The notes beneath the pieces are model-generated. The model ran no database searches. It saw only the letters and a program-made list of their open reading frames with translations, and had not been told where the DNA came from. The position numbers and the translations under genes are program-made. From Thermoproteota archaeon (GTDB taxonomy: Archaea; Thermoproteota; Thermoprotei_A; Sulfolobales; Ignisphaeraceae): a DNA stretch of 64,000 nt. Below are positions 18,578-30,168 of the stretch, one piece after another. The DNA is taken from positions 164,333-228,332 of the forward strand of contig JAUQPB010000003.1 in NCBI GenBank assembly GCA_030550585.1. Reading direction: 5' to 3'. Positions within the stretch are counted from its first letter, which is position 1. Every line of letters starts with the position of its first letter.

Positions 18578-19867
18578 CTACAATTTCAAGAGCTTGCCAG
18601 CATATATCGCATTGCCGGCAAGGTATTTTTCTATTCTTAGCAATTCGTTATATTTAGCGGTTCTCTCTCCTCTTGCTGGTGCCCCAGTTTTTATGAATGG
18701 TCCATTCACAGCCACAGCTAGATGAGCTATTGTATTATCTTCGCTTTCCCCACTTCTATGACTTATTATTGTGTAGATGCCATTGTTTTTAGCTAGCGAT
18801 ATGAAATCTAGTGTTTCCGTTAGGGTGCCTATCTGGTTAGGTTTGACAATAACGCCAGAGACAGAGCCGTATTTGATTGCTGTTTCAAGTCTGCTAACAT
18901 TTGTTACGGTAAGATCGTCGCCAACAATGATTGTCTTATCTTTTAGTTCTTTTCTAAGCTCGGCATAGGCTTCGAATTCCTCTTCATTGAACGGGTCTTC
19001 TATACTTAAAATATTGAACTCCACGGCTAACGATTTCCAATATTCAATAAGCTTTTCTCTGCTGAGCTTGTTACCGTCTATTACATAAACTTTGTTTGTT
19101 TCATCGTAGAACTGAGAGGCTGCCGCATCTAATGATATCCTAACCTGTTTTTCTGTATCATAACCACAGTTTTTAATAGCTGTTAAAAGAGCCTCTATAG
19201 CCTCTCTCACAAATTTCATTGGAGGGGCATACCCACCTTCATCGCCTACATTAACTGCCGAAGACCCGTATTTGCTTTTTAGCACAGATTTCAATTCCTT
19301 GTATATTTCTACCGCAGCTCTTATTGCTTCTGAAAACGAATCGAAACCCATTGGGACTACCATAAACTCCTGAACAGCCAACTCGTTTCCTGCATGCGCA
19401 CCTCCATTGATGATGTTTAGAAGTGGTATAGGCAAAATTCTGCTATTTATGCCTCCTAGGTATTGGAATAATGGAATTTTAGCTGTATCAGCTGCAGCCT
19501 TTGCCACAGCTAAACTCGTTGCTAGAATTGCATTTGCGCCCAGCCTAGATTTGGTTTGCGTTCCATCCACTTCTATCATTATTTTATCTATTTCCCTCTG
19601 TTTTCTTGCATCAATTCCTTGTATAGCCGGAGCAATATAGTTTACAACATTTGAAACAGCTTTGGTCACACCACGCCCTTTAAACTTTTTTGCGTCTCCA
19701 TCTCTAAGTTCTAGAGCCTCAAATTTACCCCTAGACGCTCCTGCTGGCGCAATGGCTCTACCAACACCACCTCCAACAGTTTCTACAACTACCTCTACAG
19801 TAGGATCTCCACGTGAGTCAAGTACTTGCAGCGCATCTACAGATTTTATTATGTATGGATTGGACAT
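18578..19867 (-). CDS. eno: Enolase
   Basis: DSRGDPTVEV, NGGAHA, VGDEGG, VGDDL, KPNQIG, SHRSGE and ERTAKYN. Confidence 0.97.
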   Translation of the reverse strand: MSNPYIIKSVDALQVLDSRGDPTVEVVVETVGGGVGRAIAPAGASRGKFEALELRDGDAKKFKGRGVTKAVSNVVNYIAPAIQGIDARKQREIDKIMIEVDGTQTKSRLGANAILATSLAVAKAAADTAKIPLFQYLGGINSRILPIPLLNIINGGAHAGNELAVQEFMVVPMGFDSFSEAIRAAVEIYKELKSVLKSKYGSSAVNVGDEGGYAPPMKFVREAIEALLTAIKNCGYDTEKQVRISLDAAASQFYDETNKVYVIDGNKLSREKLIEYWKSLAVEFNILSIEDPFNEEEFEAYAELRKELKDKTIIVGDDLTVTNVSRLETAIKYGSVSGVIVKPNQIGTLTETLDFISLAKNNGIYTIISHRSGESEDNTIAHLAVAVNGPFIKTGAPARGERTAKYNELLRIEKYLAGNAIYAGKLLKL

Positions 19868-19975
19868 TATTCATCACTTGCAACTAGAATTATTGTTGGC
19901 GAAACATAATATGCTTTGCTCCTCTATCAAAGGTTTATATACGCGACTTAAATAATGATATTTACTGTGATTGAG

Positions 19976-20302
19976 ATGCCTAAGAAGGGGAGCCAAAAAA
20001 CATCAAACAAGTGCCCGAGGTGTGGTACCGTTGTGTCTTCTCCAACAAAAACATGGCAATTGATAGCACCAATACCTGATAGTGCAGGAAGGGTAACTAT
20101 AACTATAATGGGGATCTACGAGTGCCCTAACTGTGGCTACAAATGGCGTACTGTCATATCAAAAATGAAGGTTGGTAGTGAAAATGTGGAGATAGAAGGT
20201 GCCAAGAAGACCATTACTTTAGCTAGTTCTAAAAGCGAAAGAAGTGAAAATGTAATTGAACTTGATTTAGATGAGATTTCCAAGGAGGAGGAAGAAGAGT
20301 AG
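19976..20302 (+). CDS. Cren7-related zinc-ribbon protein with acidic tail
   Basis: CPRC..PTKTWQL..IGIYECPNCGYKWR resembles Cren7 P-K-W-L..GLFKDP-TGK-FR, with added CxxC pairs. Confidence 0.65.
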   Translation: MPKKGSQKTSNKCPRCGTVVSSPTKTWQLIAPIPDSAGRVTITIMGIYECPNCGYKWRTVISKMKVGSENVEIEGAKKTITLASSKSERSENVIELDLDEISKEEEEE

Positions 20303-20309
20303 GGTAGAA

Positions 20310-20834
20310 ATGAGCAAAACATTAAAAACCCTCGAAACCGCCTTACTTTTATTGCTTATATTGATGCTACTCTATGCTAATCTAGCATACTATTTATGGA
20401 AACAAGTAACCATAGCTGTCATTGAAGGATATAGCATGTATCCACTGCTTCACGACAGCGATATTGTGATAATCCTTCCATCTAATAACATACACCTTGG
20501 CGACATAATTGTTTTTAGAAATGACTATAATGAGCTTGTAATACATAGAGTTGTAGGTATAATAAACTGTTCTAGCAAGACACTCTATGTGACAAAGGGC
20601 GACAACAACCAGTTTGTGGATCAAGCAACATTCATCTCATATAGAACTAGTATCGAATGTAAGAAAGGTGCCATAGAAATTCTGCATAGCACTAACGACG
20701 ATTTCAATAAAAATATAGCTCAAGCAATAGGCGACAATTACAGAGGTATAGATACTTCGAGGATAGTGGGAAAAGCTCTACAGATAAATGATGTTGTGAT
20801 AAAGATTACAGGTCTTATCACAAGATGGGGCTAA
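20310..20834 (+). CDS. Signal peptidase I (S26/Sec11)
   Basis: N-terminal TM helix, GYSMYP (Ser), VIHRV (His) and TKGDNN. Confidence 0.9.
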   Translation: MSKTLKTLETALLLLLILMLLYANLAYYLWKQVTIAVIEGYSMYPLLHDSDIVIILPSNNIHLGDIIVFRNDYNELVIHRVVGIINCSSKTLYVTKGDNNQFVDQATFISYRTSIECKKGAIEILHSTNDDFNKNIAQAIGDNYRGIDTSRIVGKALQINDVVIKITGLITRWG

Positions 20835-22899
20835 GCTTTTCCGACTCCTGGTTCAGGATATGGTATGCCACCTCCTTAACATATAGCCCCGAGGATCTGA
20901 GCGAAAGAATCTTTTTTAAATAGCTTCTCCAATCAAAGCCAAACCTTCTCCATTTCTCAAATTCCCTTAGAAGATTTTCCCATGCCGCCCTATGGAAAAC
21001 GCAAAAACCGCTTTCATCTGCAAATCTTCTACATATTTTACACATCCTTTTATTTTTCACAGCCTCACAATTCACATTATTTATACATGGCACAACGGAA
21101 AAGATGTCGTGAATTATTGTCGATCTAATTTTCAATACATTGTTTATATATCTCGATAGAATATTTTTTGCCTCTTCAACAACACCGTCGCACTTAATTC
21201 TACCTTCTCTTATATTCCTTAAATATTCTTCAAATTTCCTAGTCAGTGAGACGCTAACCAGATCCTCCACATATTTTTTGAGCAAAAAGGTTACGAAAAG
21301 GCCAGTATCTGATACATCTACAGATCTTGACTTAGATTTTAGGTATCCTCTATCAAAAAGCAACTCTATTATTTCAGCTCTCGTAGACTCAGTACCTATG
21401 TCTACACTCTCCATCCACTTCAATAAGGATATTCTAGATGGGGGTAGAGGCGCTTTTGTGTACATTATTTTTATACCGAATCTTTTTATAGGAATTTCTT
21501 CACCCTCGATAAACTTGTAGTTCGCCAGATACTGATCTTCCTCTATGTGAGAATATGGATAGTATTTTAGCCATCCATAATCCAAAATTTTATTTGTAGT
21601 AATTGAATATTGTAGCCCATGAACATCTAATACCACCTTCAATTCCATAACCTTTAGAGGTGTAGAAAATGTTGCTAAAAATCTTCTAACGATTAAATCA
21701 TATATTTTTTCATGTTGGTAATCCAGCTTTTTAGGCATTTCACCAGTAGGGTAAATCGCAGGATGTGCAGGGTCGTCTAGAGGGCCATTATTAGGTTTTA
21801 AAACCCCATTGGTTTCTTTGATAAGTTGTTTTACAAGGTCTCTATAGACTTTATTCAATCCAATCATGTTTAATATATTTTTAACATCTAATGTTTGTGG
21901 AAGCTTTTGGCTATTGGTTCTTGGATAGCTTATCAAGGCATCTAAATAGAGGTCCTCAGCTATTTTCTGTGTCTTATGGGGGCTTATTCTGTAGATTCTA
22001 TATGCTTCTTTTTGCAGATCTGGAAGATTGAAGGGGTGAGGTGGGCTATAGACCTTTACCTCTTTATAAACCTTTTTGATTTTGGCATATGGCTTCGACT
22101 TTATTTTTTCGATTATCTGTTTTGCCTTGTCCAAAGAGTCTATTGGATCTCCTTCATATATTGGCCTAACCATTTTGTCGCCTAGCCCCAATGAAATATC
22201 TATTATGGCATATGGTACAGGAACATGTAAACGCCTCCTCAACACCAAGTCAGTTGCATAAACTAGTGTCGGTGTCTGAACCCTTCCTGCGCTCAATATG
22301 CTTCTCTTTCCAAACACCTGTTTATACAAATCCATTAGCATTCTCGATATGTTTATACCCCATAACCAATCCAGTACATGTCTACAGTAGCCAGCTTCAA
22401 CCATATTATAGTCAATGCCTGAAAGATTAGAAAAAGCTCTTCGGATTTCTACAGGGGTTAGGCTGGAAAATTTGGCTCTTCTAGCCTTTTTAATGTCACC
22501 AAAATTCCTGATAATCATATATCCAATTAAAGAGCCCTCAACATCATAATCACATGCATTAATGAATCCAACAGCCTTTTGCGAAAGAGTTTTAAGAACC
22601 TCAAAATATTTTCTTGCATACCTACTCCCTTTATCAACAAGATGTCTGGGAACCCATTTAAAATTAAATGTTGGATAGCCCACATCATCTGTTGTCAATG
22701 TAAATAAATGGCCAGCTGCTGGCGCTATAACATAAAAATCTCCATTCCATTGTGTAAACCAGATGGAGACACCATTAATTACAATCTTCTTGCTAGCATT
22801 TAGAGCCTCCGCAATTTTTTGTGCAGCCTTTGGTTTCTCTGCTATTACAAGAATATAGTTGTCCATTGGAATGTCTTTCTGCCTTGAGTAACCCTTCAT
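20818..22899 (-). CDS. topA: Type IA DNA topoisomerase
   Basis: IAEKP, AGHL, DYDVEG, SAGRVQTP, catalytic SYPRT, HPAIYPT, GTESTR and C-terminal Cys/His zinc motif. Confidence 0.95.
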   Translation of the reverse strand: MKGYSRQKDIPMDNYILVIAEKPKAAQKIAEALNASKKIVINGVSIWFTQWNGDFYVIAPAAGHLFTLTTDDVGYPTFNFKWVPRHLVDKGSRYARKYFEVLKTLSQKAVGFINACDYDVEGSLIGYMIIRNFGDIKKARRAKFSSLTPVEIRRAFSNLSGIDYNMVEAGYCRHVLDWLWGINISRMLMDLYKQVFGKRSILSAGRVQTPTLVYATDLVLRRRLHVPVPYAIIDISLGLGDKMVRPIYEGDPIDSLDKAKQIIEKIKSKPYAKIKKVYKEVKVYSPPHPFNLPDLQKEAYRIYRISPHKTQKIAEDLYLDALISYPRTNSQKLPQTLDVKNILNMIGLNKVYRDLVKQLIKETNGVLKPNNGPLDDPAHPAIYPTGEMPKKLDYQHEKIYDLIVRRFLATFSTPLKVMELKVVLDVHGLQYSITTNKILDYGWLKYYPYSHIEEDQYLANYKFIEGEEIPIKRFGIKIMYTKAPLPPSRISLLKWMESVDIGTESTRAEIIELLFDRGYLKSKSRSVDVSDTGLFVTFLLKKYVEDLVSVSLTRKFEEYLRNIREGRIKCDGVVEEAKNILSRYINNVLKIRSTIIHDIFSVVPCINNVNCEAVKNKRMCKICRRFADESGFCVFHRAAWENLLREFEKWRRFGFDWRSYLKKILSLRSSGLYVKEVAYHILNQESEKLSPIL

Positions 22900-23008
22900 T
22901 TTAGCACATCCTTTGTCAAAAATATGCCTATCTCTATTCTATCTATGACTATACTATCAAAACTAGGTTTAATATAAGGTATGCGGGTCAATAAGGTTAG
23001 CTATAATC

Positions 23009-23380
23009 TTAGATAAGATATCTCATAACCTCCTTTTCTTCAAGTGAAAAAATGTTTCCAAGCAAGCTCTTTATTTTCTCAATTCTATTTCTTTCTACAC
23101 GCGCCAGCAATTGCAGTGGAATTAACTGGTATTCACCATTTGGCTTTACTCGTTTAATCAGTAATGGTAAAACCCCTGCTAACAGTTCGTGATAAGCAAT
23201 TATAACGGGATCCTTCAATTCCAGTTTAGTAACATCAATTAGTGGGGGTGCTCCCAGAGCTAATTGAATGGCCCTTGCAGAAATGACACGCGCCTTTTCA
23301 TATTTTGTTAGCCTCTTTGGCCCTATTCTAATCTCATCCAAGGACTTCACTAATGTTAGAGCTTGCTGATTCTCATCCAT
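23009..23380 (-). CDS. rpo6: RNA polymerase subunit Rpo6 (K)
   Basis: LTKYEKARVISARAIQLALGAP signature. Confidence 0.95.
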   Translation of the reverse strand: MDENQQALTLVKSLDEIRIGPKRLTKYEKARVISARAIQLALGAPPLIDVTKLELKDPVIIAYHELLAGVLPLLIKRVKPNGEYQLIPLQLLARVERNRIEKIKSLLGNIFSLEEKEVMRYLI

Positions 23381-23500
23381 TTTAAAAACCTTAACCAGTT
23401 GTTTGTGTCCTGTAATTTAGGTAAAGCAAATAAAAGTTTTATTTAGATTAAAAATCTGCAAGCTTATGTTTTAAAAACAATTGCTTTTGTGATATTGCCC

Positions 23501-25198
23501 CTAGTCTAGAGAGGATGTGGATGTTTTAGACTCTTCTTCCTCCTCTTTCTTCTCTTCTTTCTTTCCCTTCTCTTCCTTCTTTGGCGAAGCTGCTATAACA
23601 TCATCTATTTTAAGCACTGTTGTTGCAGTCTCTGTGGCGCTCTTCAATATCTGTTTCTTAACTATTACAGGTTCAATGACGTTGAGCTTCTCCATACTTT
23701 CAACAACTTTACCGTTAACTACATCTATACCGGCAGCTATTTTTCCTTCTGAGTGAAGCTTTCTTAGTTCCATAAGAGTCTCTAAGACATCCATACCAGC
23801 TGTCTGTGCAAGTACTGTTGGTATCTCCTCCAAGGCATCAGCGAAAGCCATTATAGCCAGCTGCTCTCTTCCTCCAACAGTCTCTGCCCACCTTCTCAAT
23901 CTCATTGCCACTTCTACCTCTACTGCTCCACCACCATAAACAATCTTTGGATCCCTAAGTATATTTCTAACAGTATTGAGAGCGTCATTCAAGCTTCTCT
24001 CAACCTCATCAAGCAACATGTCATTTGCTCCTCTTAGCAGGATTGTAACTGCTCTTGGGTTCTTGCAGTTCTCGACAAACACCATCTTGTCGTTGCCGAC
24101 CCTCCTCTCCTCGACGAGAGCACACTCTCCAAGATCCTTCTCTGTCAGATCCCTGATGCTTGTAACTATTCTTCCACCAGTGGCTTTCTCCAGTTTCTCC
24201 ATGTCACTTCTCTTAACCCTTCTAACAGCCATAATACCCTTCTTAGCCAGATAGTGCTGGGCAACATCATCAATACCCTTCTGGCAAATAACAACATTAG
24301 CACCAACAGCAGAAATCTTCTCAACCATATCCCTCAATATCTTTGCTTCTTCCTCAAGATATGCTCTTATCTGATCTGGTGCAGTTATGTTTATCTTTGC
24401 AGTAATATCCGGTTTCTCTATTTCTAGTGGTGCATCGAGCAAAGCAATCTTAGCGTTCTCAACCCTCCTAGGCATAGCAGGGTGAACAACCTCCTTATCC
24501 AAAACAACACCATAAACAAGCATACTGTCTAGTAAGCTGCCACCCCTCTTCTTCTCTATCTTAACCATATCAAGCTTTACATCATATGTTCCATCAGGTC
24601 TCTTCTCCGCAACTCTAAAGGCTGCTTCGATAACCATATCCATAAGCTTGTCTATGACATCAGGCGTTGCAATGTATTTGCTTGCTAGTGTTGTGTACAA
24701 TGCCTTTTTGATTTCAGCCTTTGTTTTCTCTCTATCCTCAGGCTTGTCTAGATCGCCAACGTAAATCTTCATTCCTATCTCATCGAGGATTTCCAACGCC
24801 TTTGATAAAGCCTTCTTATAGCCCTCTATTATAGTTGTTGGGTGTATGCCTTGATCCAGAAGCTGCTCAGCTTTGTCGAGTAGAGCACCTGCCAGAACAA
24901 CTGCCGAGGTTGTCCCATCACCAACTTCAGCATCAACAGCCTTTGCTGCTTCAACTAACAGTTTTGCTGCTGGGTGCTGAACCTCCATTTCCTTAACTAT
25001 TGTTGCACCATCGTTGGTTACAGTAATGTCGCCAAAGCTATCGACAAGCATTTTATCAAGGCCTTTGGGACCCAAACTTGTTTTTAGTATTTCTGCCAGT
25101 ACGCGAGCAGCCATTATATTGGCTCTTAGAGCCTCTCTTCCATGGGTTCTTGAAGTACCCTCTTTAAGTATTAGCACAGGTACGCCATACATTGCCAT
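23501..25198 (-). CDS. thsA: Thermosome (group II chaperonin), probably alpha subunit
   Basis: [16 protein letters not shown] and GDGTTS; N-terminus [17 protein letters not shown] is alpha-like. Confidence 0.93.
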   Translation of the reverse strand: MAMYGVPVLILKEGTSRTHGREALRANIMAARVLAEILKTSLGPKGLDKMLVDSFGDITVTNDGATIVKEMEVQHPAAKLLVEAAKAVDAEVGDGTTSAVVLAGALLDKAEQLLDQGIHPTTIIEGYKKALSKALEILDEIGMKIYVGDLDKPEDREKTKAEIKKALYTTLASKYIATPDVIDKLMDMVIEAAFRVAEKRPDGTYDVKLDMVKIEKKRGGSLLDSMLVYGVVLDKEVVHPAMPRRVENAKIALLDAPLEIEKPDITAKINITAPDQIRAYLEEEAKILRDMVEKISAVGANVVICQKGIDDVAQHYLAKKGIMAVRRVKRSDMEKLEKATGGRIVTSIRDLTEKDLGECALVEERRVGNDKMVFVENCKNPRAVTILLRGANDMLLDEVERSLNDALNTVRNILRDPKIVYGGGAVEVEVAMRLRRWAETVGGREQLAIMAFADALEEIPTVLAQTAGMDVLETLMELRKLHSEGKIAAGIDVVNGKVVESMEKLNVIEPVIVKKQILKSATETATTVLKIDDVIAASPKKEEKGKKEEKKEEEEESKTSTSSLD

Positions 25199-25274
25199 AT
25201 TTTACACCACCATTATTTAGTTCAGTGTTTAGAAGAGGTTCTATATAAGCTTTTATGAAAATCCCTTGCTGCGC

Positions 25275-26150
25275 TCATCCCCTAATGATATGTGCAAAAA
25301 CTTTGCAATATTCACAAACATTTTCATCACTAAAGGATCCGCACAAATGGCATCTGCTAGGCTTTGATATAATAAAGCTTTGTAACATTTCAATAGATTT
25401 TGAACTCGAATACATCAGCTCTGGCGATCTAGTTAATATGCTATAAGCCTTTTTGATATAGCCATCAACGTTTACTTTAACACTATTTGTAGAATTGTCC
25501 ATCTTTAAAATTTCTTGCGATGAATAGGCTAGGTAAAGAATATCGTGAGAGAGCACATTGTAAAATGGTCGCACTATTTTTACATTTTCAACATATTTTA
25601 TTGGCATGCCCTCCCCGAAAACAGTTTTTGATATAAGTAGAAGGCCCAGCATCAATATCATTGATATTTCGTCTCTAAACAATAAAGATACTACATATTC
25701 TACATGATTCTCCAATGCTATTTTTGCTGCATATGCATCTATGTACTTGACCATATAGACAATCGATTTCGAAATTATATCAACAGGGTAATTAACCTCA
25801 TAGATTTCTAATCCATTCTTAACATGTTTCCTAGCCTCTTCCTCTACTATCCTACAATCAATCAAGTTATTTGGGCATAGAATTTTGTATTCTAAATCAA
25901 AGTCTTTCATAGCATTGTTTAGCACAAAAAACGACTCCAAAGACAAGGCAATGTCATCGCCTCTTATTGCGAAAATCACCTTCTCGTTTTTTCTAAACAT
26001 TTTGTAGTAATGGGAGGTTCTTCGCACTTGCTTTGCTACACTATTGAATAGACAAAGTCTACACAGTTTTTCTCCTGATGTCAGTCTATAGTATGTAGCG
26101 ACTCTTTTACCGCATGAGGAGCACAGCACATTGTTGGTTTTAGCCATCAT
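25275..26150 (-). CDS. Degenerate TtuA/Ncs6 (PP-loop) family protein with terminal zinc fingers
   Basis: N-terminal CxxC..SGEKLCxxC, IVRPF and C-terminal CxxCG..CxxC. The PP-loop is not canonical. Confidence 0.7.
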   Translation of the reverse strand: MMAKTNNVLCSSCGKRVATYYRLTSGEKLCRLCLFNSVAKQVRRTSHYYKMFRKNEKVIFAIRGDDIALSLESFFVLNNAMKDFDLEYKILCPNNLIDCRIVEEEARKHVKNGLEIYEVNYPVDIISKSIVYMVKYIDAYAAKIALENHVEYVVSLLFRDEISMILMLGLLLISKTVFGEGMPIKYVENVKIVRPFYNVLSHDILYLAYSSQEILKMDNSTNSVKVNVDGYIKKAYSILTRSPELMYSSSKSIEMLQSFIISKPSRCHLCGSFSDENVCEYCKVFAHIIRG

Positions 26151-26156
26151 ATAATC

Positions 26157-26519
26157 TCATCTTTTTATGAATTTCACTTGTATAGATCTTGCCTTGAGGG
26201 CTTCTTTAATACCTCTTTTAAGTGCTGTAATGTCATTTTCAAAATCGTTAAAGATTCCTTCTTGTGTAAAAACACAAAAGCCATCTACATAAAGATTTAG
26301 CTCAACCTGGCGAGCACTCTCATTATTGCTACTTGTATCGTAGACCAAGACCGTATATATTGTTGGTTGAGATTCTTCTTCTATTATCTTTAGAAGTCTA
26401 ATGATATAGTCCTTGTCTGCTTTTCTGTATGCTAACGCAATCAGGGTTAGCTTATGCTTTGAAATATATTCGTTGGCTTCCTCACGATTTTTTATCTCAA
26501 CAACCATTTCATTTTTCAC
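26157..26519 (-). CDS. Hypothetical protein (possible thioredoxin-like fold without CxxC)
   Basis: 120-aa ORF coupled to both neighbours; alpha/beta pattern. Confidence 0.55.
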   Translation of the reverse strand: MKNEMVVEIKNREEANEYISKHKLTLIALAYRKADKDYIIRLLKIIEEESQPTIYTVLVYDTSSNNESARQVELNLYVDGFCVFTQEGIFNDFENDITALKRGIKEALKARSIQVKFIKR

Positions 26520-27324
26520 GCTGCTTAAGTATATTCATTAAAATATTTTTCTCTTCATTAGTTAGAATAACTTCAACGTCTAAGACGTCCTTAGATTCGC
26601 TAGGGGGCTTTATGCCTATACTACTTAGATAGACATAGCCATAGCTTAAAGCTCTCTTCACGCTGTCCAACGGCTCTTTATATGCAAACTCTGTGAGCAT
26701 GTTCTTGAAATTAATGAACTCCTTTAACTCTCTTTCAGAGACCGAAGCCCCGCAAACTAAGCAGGAGAGATCTGGCATTAAAGAATTGAATCCACATTTA
26801 GGACATTGCAATGGGAGGATAGGATGGCGTTTCAACACCCATGCATGCCTCCATAAACTTCTCAACCTTTCAATTAAATCAATTCTACCAAATCTTAAAG
26901 CCTCGTTATATAGCCTAGGAGCATAAGCCAACACAGAGTCACCTATATTGTTGGTCACAAACTCTAGCTGGGCTTCATCTAACTGGTCTCTTAGCTCAAG
27001 AACTGCTGATGCTATCATTGGATAAACCCTATCAAGATTTCTTTTGATCCTTCTAATAATGGTGTCTAAATCTAGAGTTGAAGATTCTCCTCTAAGCACA
27101 TCAACAATTCTCGTAAACACTATAATATATTCATCGTTACTTAGATTTAGAAACTCCAGACCAATAGAAGATACAAGATCAGTAACATGCCTAGAAACCC
27201 ATTCTTCAGTGTCCACAAAACGTTTTCTACTTGGGGATCTAGGCCTAGACTTGTATTCAGAGTCTGTGGCCTCAGCAGGTTTCTCTTCTTTAGATCGCTT
27301 TGATCTAGGCATTTTTAACGCCAT
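26509..27324 (-). CDS. Hypothetical protein with zinc finger
   Basis: CPKCGFNSLMPDLSCLVCG and a basic disordered N-terminus. Confidence 0.7.
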   Translation of the reverse strand: MALKMPRSKRSKEEKPAEATDSEYKSRPRSPSRKRFVDTEEWVSRHVTDLVSSIGLEFLNLSNDEYIIVFTRIVDVLRGESSTLDLDTIIRRIKRNLDRVYPMIASAVLELRDQLDEAQLEFVTNNIGDSVLAYAPRLYNEALRFGRIDLIERLRSLWRHAWVLKRHPILPLQCPKCGFNSLMPDLSCLVCGASVSERELKEFINFKNMLTEFAYKEPLDSVKRALSYGYVYLSSIGIKPPSESKDVLDVEVILTNEEKNILMNILKQREK

Positions 27325-27546
27325 TAACCATACTAATTGTTTGCCGCAACATACATGTGTTTAGAAAACACGTAAAATAGCTTTTTAGACACATAAATTG
27401 CATTTCATATGAAATACGGATACCAATCTTGCAAAGTAAGCTTTTCGTTAATACGGATGCCATTATAGTGAAGACATAGTTTCGTTTAACTCTATCGCAT
27501 ATTAGGTATCTAAGCATAAAATACATTTTTGCTAGGGTAGCAACCA

Positions 27547-30168
27547 ATGATGGCTGAGCAGAGAGAATTACCAACAGTTTTAAGTATGCAAAGTGCAGAA
27601 ACTGCAAATGTAATTGTCATTAAGAGAAGTGGTATTAAAGAGAAATTTGATGCTGGCAAACTGATGAGAAGCATTTTTAGGTCTTGCAACGGTATGTGCA
27701 ACAAGGAAGAGGTATGGAGCATTGTAAAAGAGGTGGTCACAGAACTTAAAGATAGAACAGAAGTTTCTACGGATGAGATTATTGATAGAGTGGAGAGAAT
27801 ACTCATCTCAAAGGGCATAGAAGACCCTAAGTGGTTTGAAGTAGCAAAACTGTATGAACTTGGTAGAATCTATAAGGATGTGTATGGCAAAGGCAAGCCT
27901 ATTTCAATAGATCCGAGAGACTTGAAGCTAAGGTTCTCTGCAGTAAAGGTGCTGGCCAGTAGGTACCTGCTTAAAGACCCCAATACACTAAGATTTTTAG
28001 AAACTCCACAGATGATGTTTAGAAGGGTTGCCAAGGCTATTGCCAAAGCCGAGTATACCTATTGCAAGAACTCTGGGCAGAGCGATGAGCATTGCAACAA
28101 TGTTTCGAAATACTGGGAGGAGAAGTTCTATGAAATAATGAGTGATCTGAGATTCTTACCAAACTCGCCAACGCTGATGAACGCCGGTACAAGACTTGGG
28201 ATTCTCTCAGCCTGTTTTGTAATACCAGTCAGAGACTCCATTACAACCCCAGAAGGTGAAGGTATATATGATGCTGTAAGGGCTCAAGCAATAATATTTC
28301 AACAAGGTGGTGGAACAGGGTTTGACTTCTCAGAGCTGAGACCTGAAGGAGACGTAGTAGCGTCGACAGGGGGTGTGGCAAGTGGTCCCATTTCATTTAT
28401 GAAAATGTTTGATGCTAACACAGATGTGATTAAGCAGGGTGGCAAAAGAAGAGGAGCTAATATGGGCGTTCTTCACGTATGGCACCCAGACATAGAGAAG
28501 TTCATAGATGCAAAAAGTGGGAAGCTCAAAGATTTTAACCTGCAAAACTTCAACATATCTGTTGGCGTATACGACTACTTCATGGATGCTGTAATCAAAG
28601 GAGGTAAGGTTCCTCTGATAAATCCGAGAAAAACCAATCTACGTCCAGATCTAGGCAATGATTCTAAACACTATGTAATATCTAAAGCTAGACATTATAT
28701 TCATGAGGATTGGGTTCAAGAAGAAATAATAAAAGAATTGGAGCTTAAAGGTGGTAGCGTATGGATAGACGACTCTATTATTGTAACATTGGACGAGGCA
28801 ATGGTTATAGCGGAGAACTCAAATGCCATTGTTAGATATGAAGACGCTAGGAAACTATTTGAGAAGATTGTTAGAAATGCTTGGGACTCTGGAGATCCCG
28901 GACTCCTATTCATTGATACCATTAATAGAAGACATCCTGTGTGGTACCTTGGTAAAATAAATGCGACTAATCCTTGCGGAGAGCAGCCTCTTCTTCCATG
29001 GGAAAGCTGCAACCTCGGAAGCCTTGACCTGTCGAAATATGTATACATAGATTCTGAAGGTATGCCCAGGATTGCATGGAAACAACTAGAAGAAGATTTG
29101 AAGGTTGTTGCAAGGTTTATGGACAACGTCATCGATGTGGCTAAGTGGCCTTTGCCACAACTAGAACAAGCAATTAAAAGAACTAGGAAGATAGGCGTTG
29201 GTGTAATGGGCTGGGCATATATGTTGGTAAAACTTGGAATACCATATGATAGTGTTGACGCACTGTATCTTGCTTATTACCTTGGTGAATGGATTGAATA
29301 CAACCTTGCACTAGCCAGCATAGAGCTTGCAAAAGAGCGTGGCTCTTTCCCTGCCTATGACCCTGAGAAGTATAGGCCTACATGGACAACAGCAAAGCCT
29401 CTAGAGGAGTTGCTCAGGACGGCAAACATTGATGGGGGTCCCAGCAAGAGGATACTGGAATTGGTATCCGACAGGCCCCCCGTTAACTGGAGCTACGTAG
29501 AGGAGCTTAGAAAAAGAATAGGGATTAGAAATGCTACACTAACAAGCATAGCACCAACAGGAACAATAAGTATAATAGCAGGTACATCATCAAGCATAGA
29601 GCCTCTATTCGCAGTTGCCTACGAGAGACATGTTACTGTAGGAACATTCATTGAAATCGATAATCTATTCCTAGAATATTTGAGAAAATATGAACTTGAT
29701 AACAGCGATGTTATAAAGCTCATCGCTGAAAGAGGCAGTGTAGCCGAAATACCATTTATACCACGAACATTGAGATTGCTCTTCAAAGCGGCTCATGACA
29801 TTGATCCCAAGTGGCACGTCCTTCACCAAGCTGTGTGGCAGCAGTGGGTGTGCGCTGGGGTTTCAAAGACTGTTAATATGAGATTTGATGCAACCATAGA
29901 TGATGTGAGAAATGTTTATGTCCTTGCATGGCTACTTGGATGCAAAGGAATAACAGTCTACAGAGACAAGTCTAAGACCCAGCAGGTAATATACGTAGGC
30001 GTGAAAATGAGCCAATCGCTGTCGCAGAAAAATCATGGTGAGCCAAACCAAAAGCCTGCAAAGGATAGCGGGCAACAACAGAAAAGCTATGTACTAACCT
30101 CGTTAGGCAATATCAGCGAGGCTATAGAGGATATTGCACACAGCAATTGTCAAACATGTGAGTATTAG
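27547..30168 (+). CDS. nrdJ: Class II (adenosylcobalamin-dependent) ribonucleotide reductase with ATP cone
   Basis: VIKRSG ATP cone, [36 protein letters not shown] and C-terminal CxxC. Confidence 0.93.
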   Translation: MMAEQRELPTVLSMQSAETANVIVIKRSGIKEKFDAGKLMRSIFRSCNGMCNKEEVWSIVKEVVTELKDRTEVSTDEIIDRVERILISKGIEDPKWFEVAKLYELGRIYKDVYGKGKPISIDPRDLKLRFSAVKVLASRYLLKDPNTLRFLETPQMMFRRVAKAIAKAEYTYCKNSGQSDEHCNNVSKYWEEKFYEIMSDLRFLPNSPTLMNAGTRLGILSACFVIPVRDSITTPEGEGIYDAVRAQAIIFQQGGGTGFDFSELRPEGDVVASTGGVASGPISFMKMFDANTDVIKQGGKRRGANMGVLHVWHPDIEKFIDAKSGKLKDFNLQNFNISVGVYDYFMDAVIKGGKVPLINPRKTNLRPDLGNDSKHYVISKARHYIHEDWVQEEIIKELELKGGSVWIDDSIIVTLDEAMVIAENSNAIVRYEDARKLFEKIVRNAWDSGDPGLLFIDTINRRHPVWYLGKINATNPCGEQPLLPWESCNLGSLDLSKYVYIDSEGMPRIAWKQLEEDLKVVARFMDNVIDVAKWPLPQLEQAIKRTRKIGVGVMGWAYMLVKLGIPYDSVDALYLAYYLGEWIEYNLALASIELAKERGSFPAYDPEKYRPTWTTAKPLEELLRTANIDGGPSKRILELVSDRPPVNWSYVEELRKRIGIRNATLTSIAPTGTISIIAGTSSSIEPLFAVAYERHVTVGTFIEIDNLFLEYLRKYELDNSDVIKLIAERGSVAEIPFIPRTLRLLFKAAHDIDPKWHVLHQAVWQQWVCAGVSKTVNMRFDATIDDVRNVYVLAWLLGCKGITVYRDKSKTQQVIYVGVKMSQSLSQKNHGEPNQKPAKDSGQQQKSYVLTSLGNISEAIEDIAHSNCQTCEY

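Noticed and set aside
27402-27415. Perfect 14-bp palindrome ATTTCATATGAAAT upstream of nrdJ
   Set aside because: Several such palindromes are expected by chance in 64 kb of AT-rich DNA, and I saw no second copy.
13154-30168. Inteins in PolB1, TopA or NrdJ
   Set aside because: Lengths and motif spacing are normal, with no intein splice-junction or LAGLIDADG motifs.
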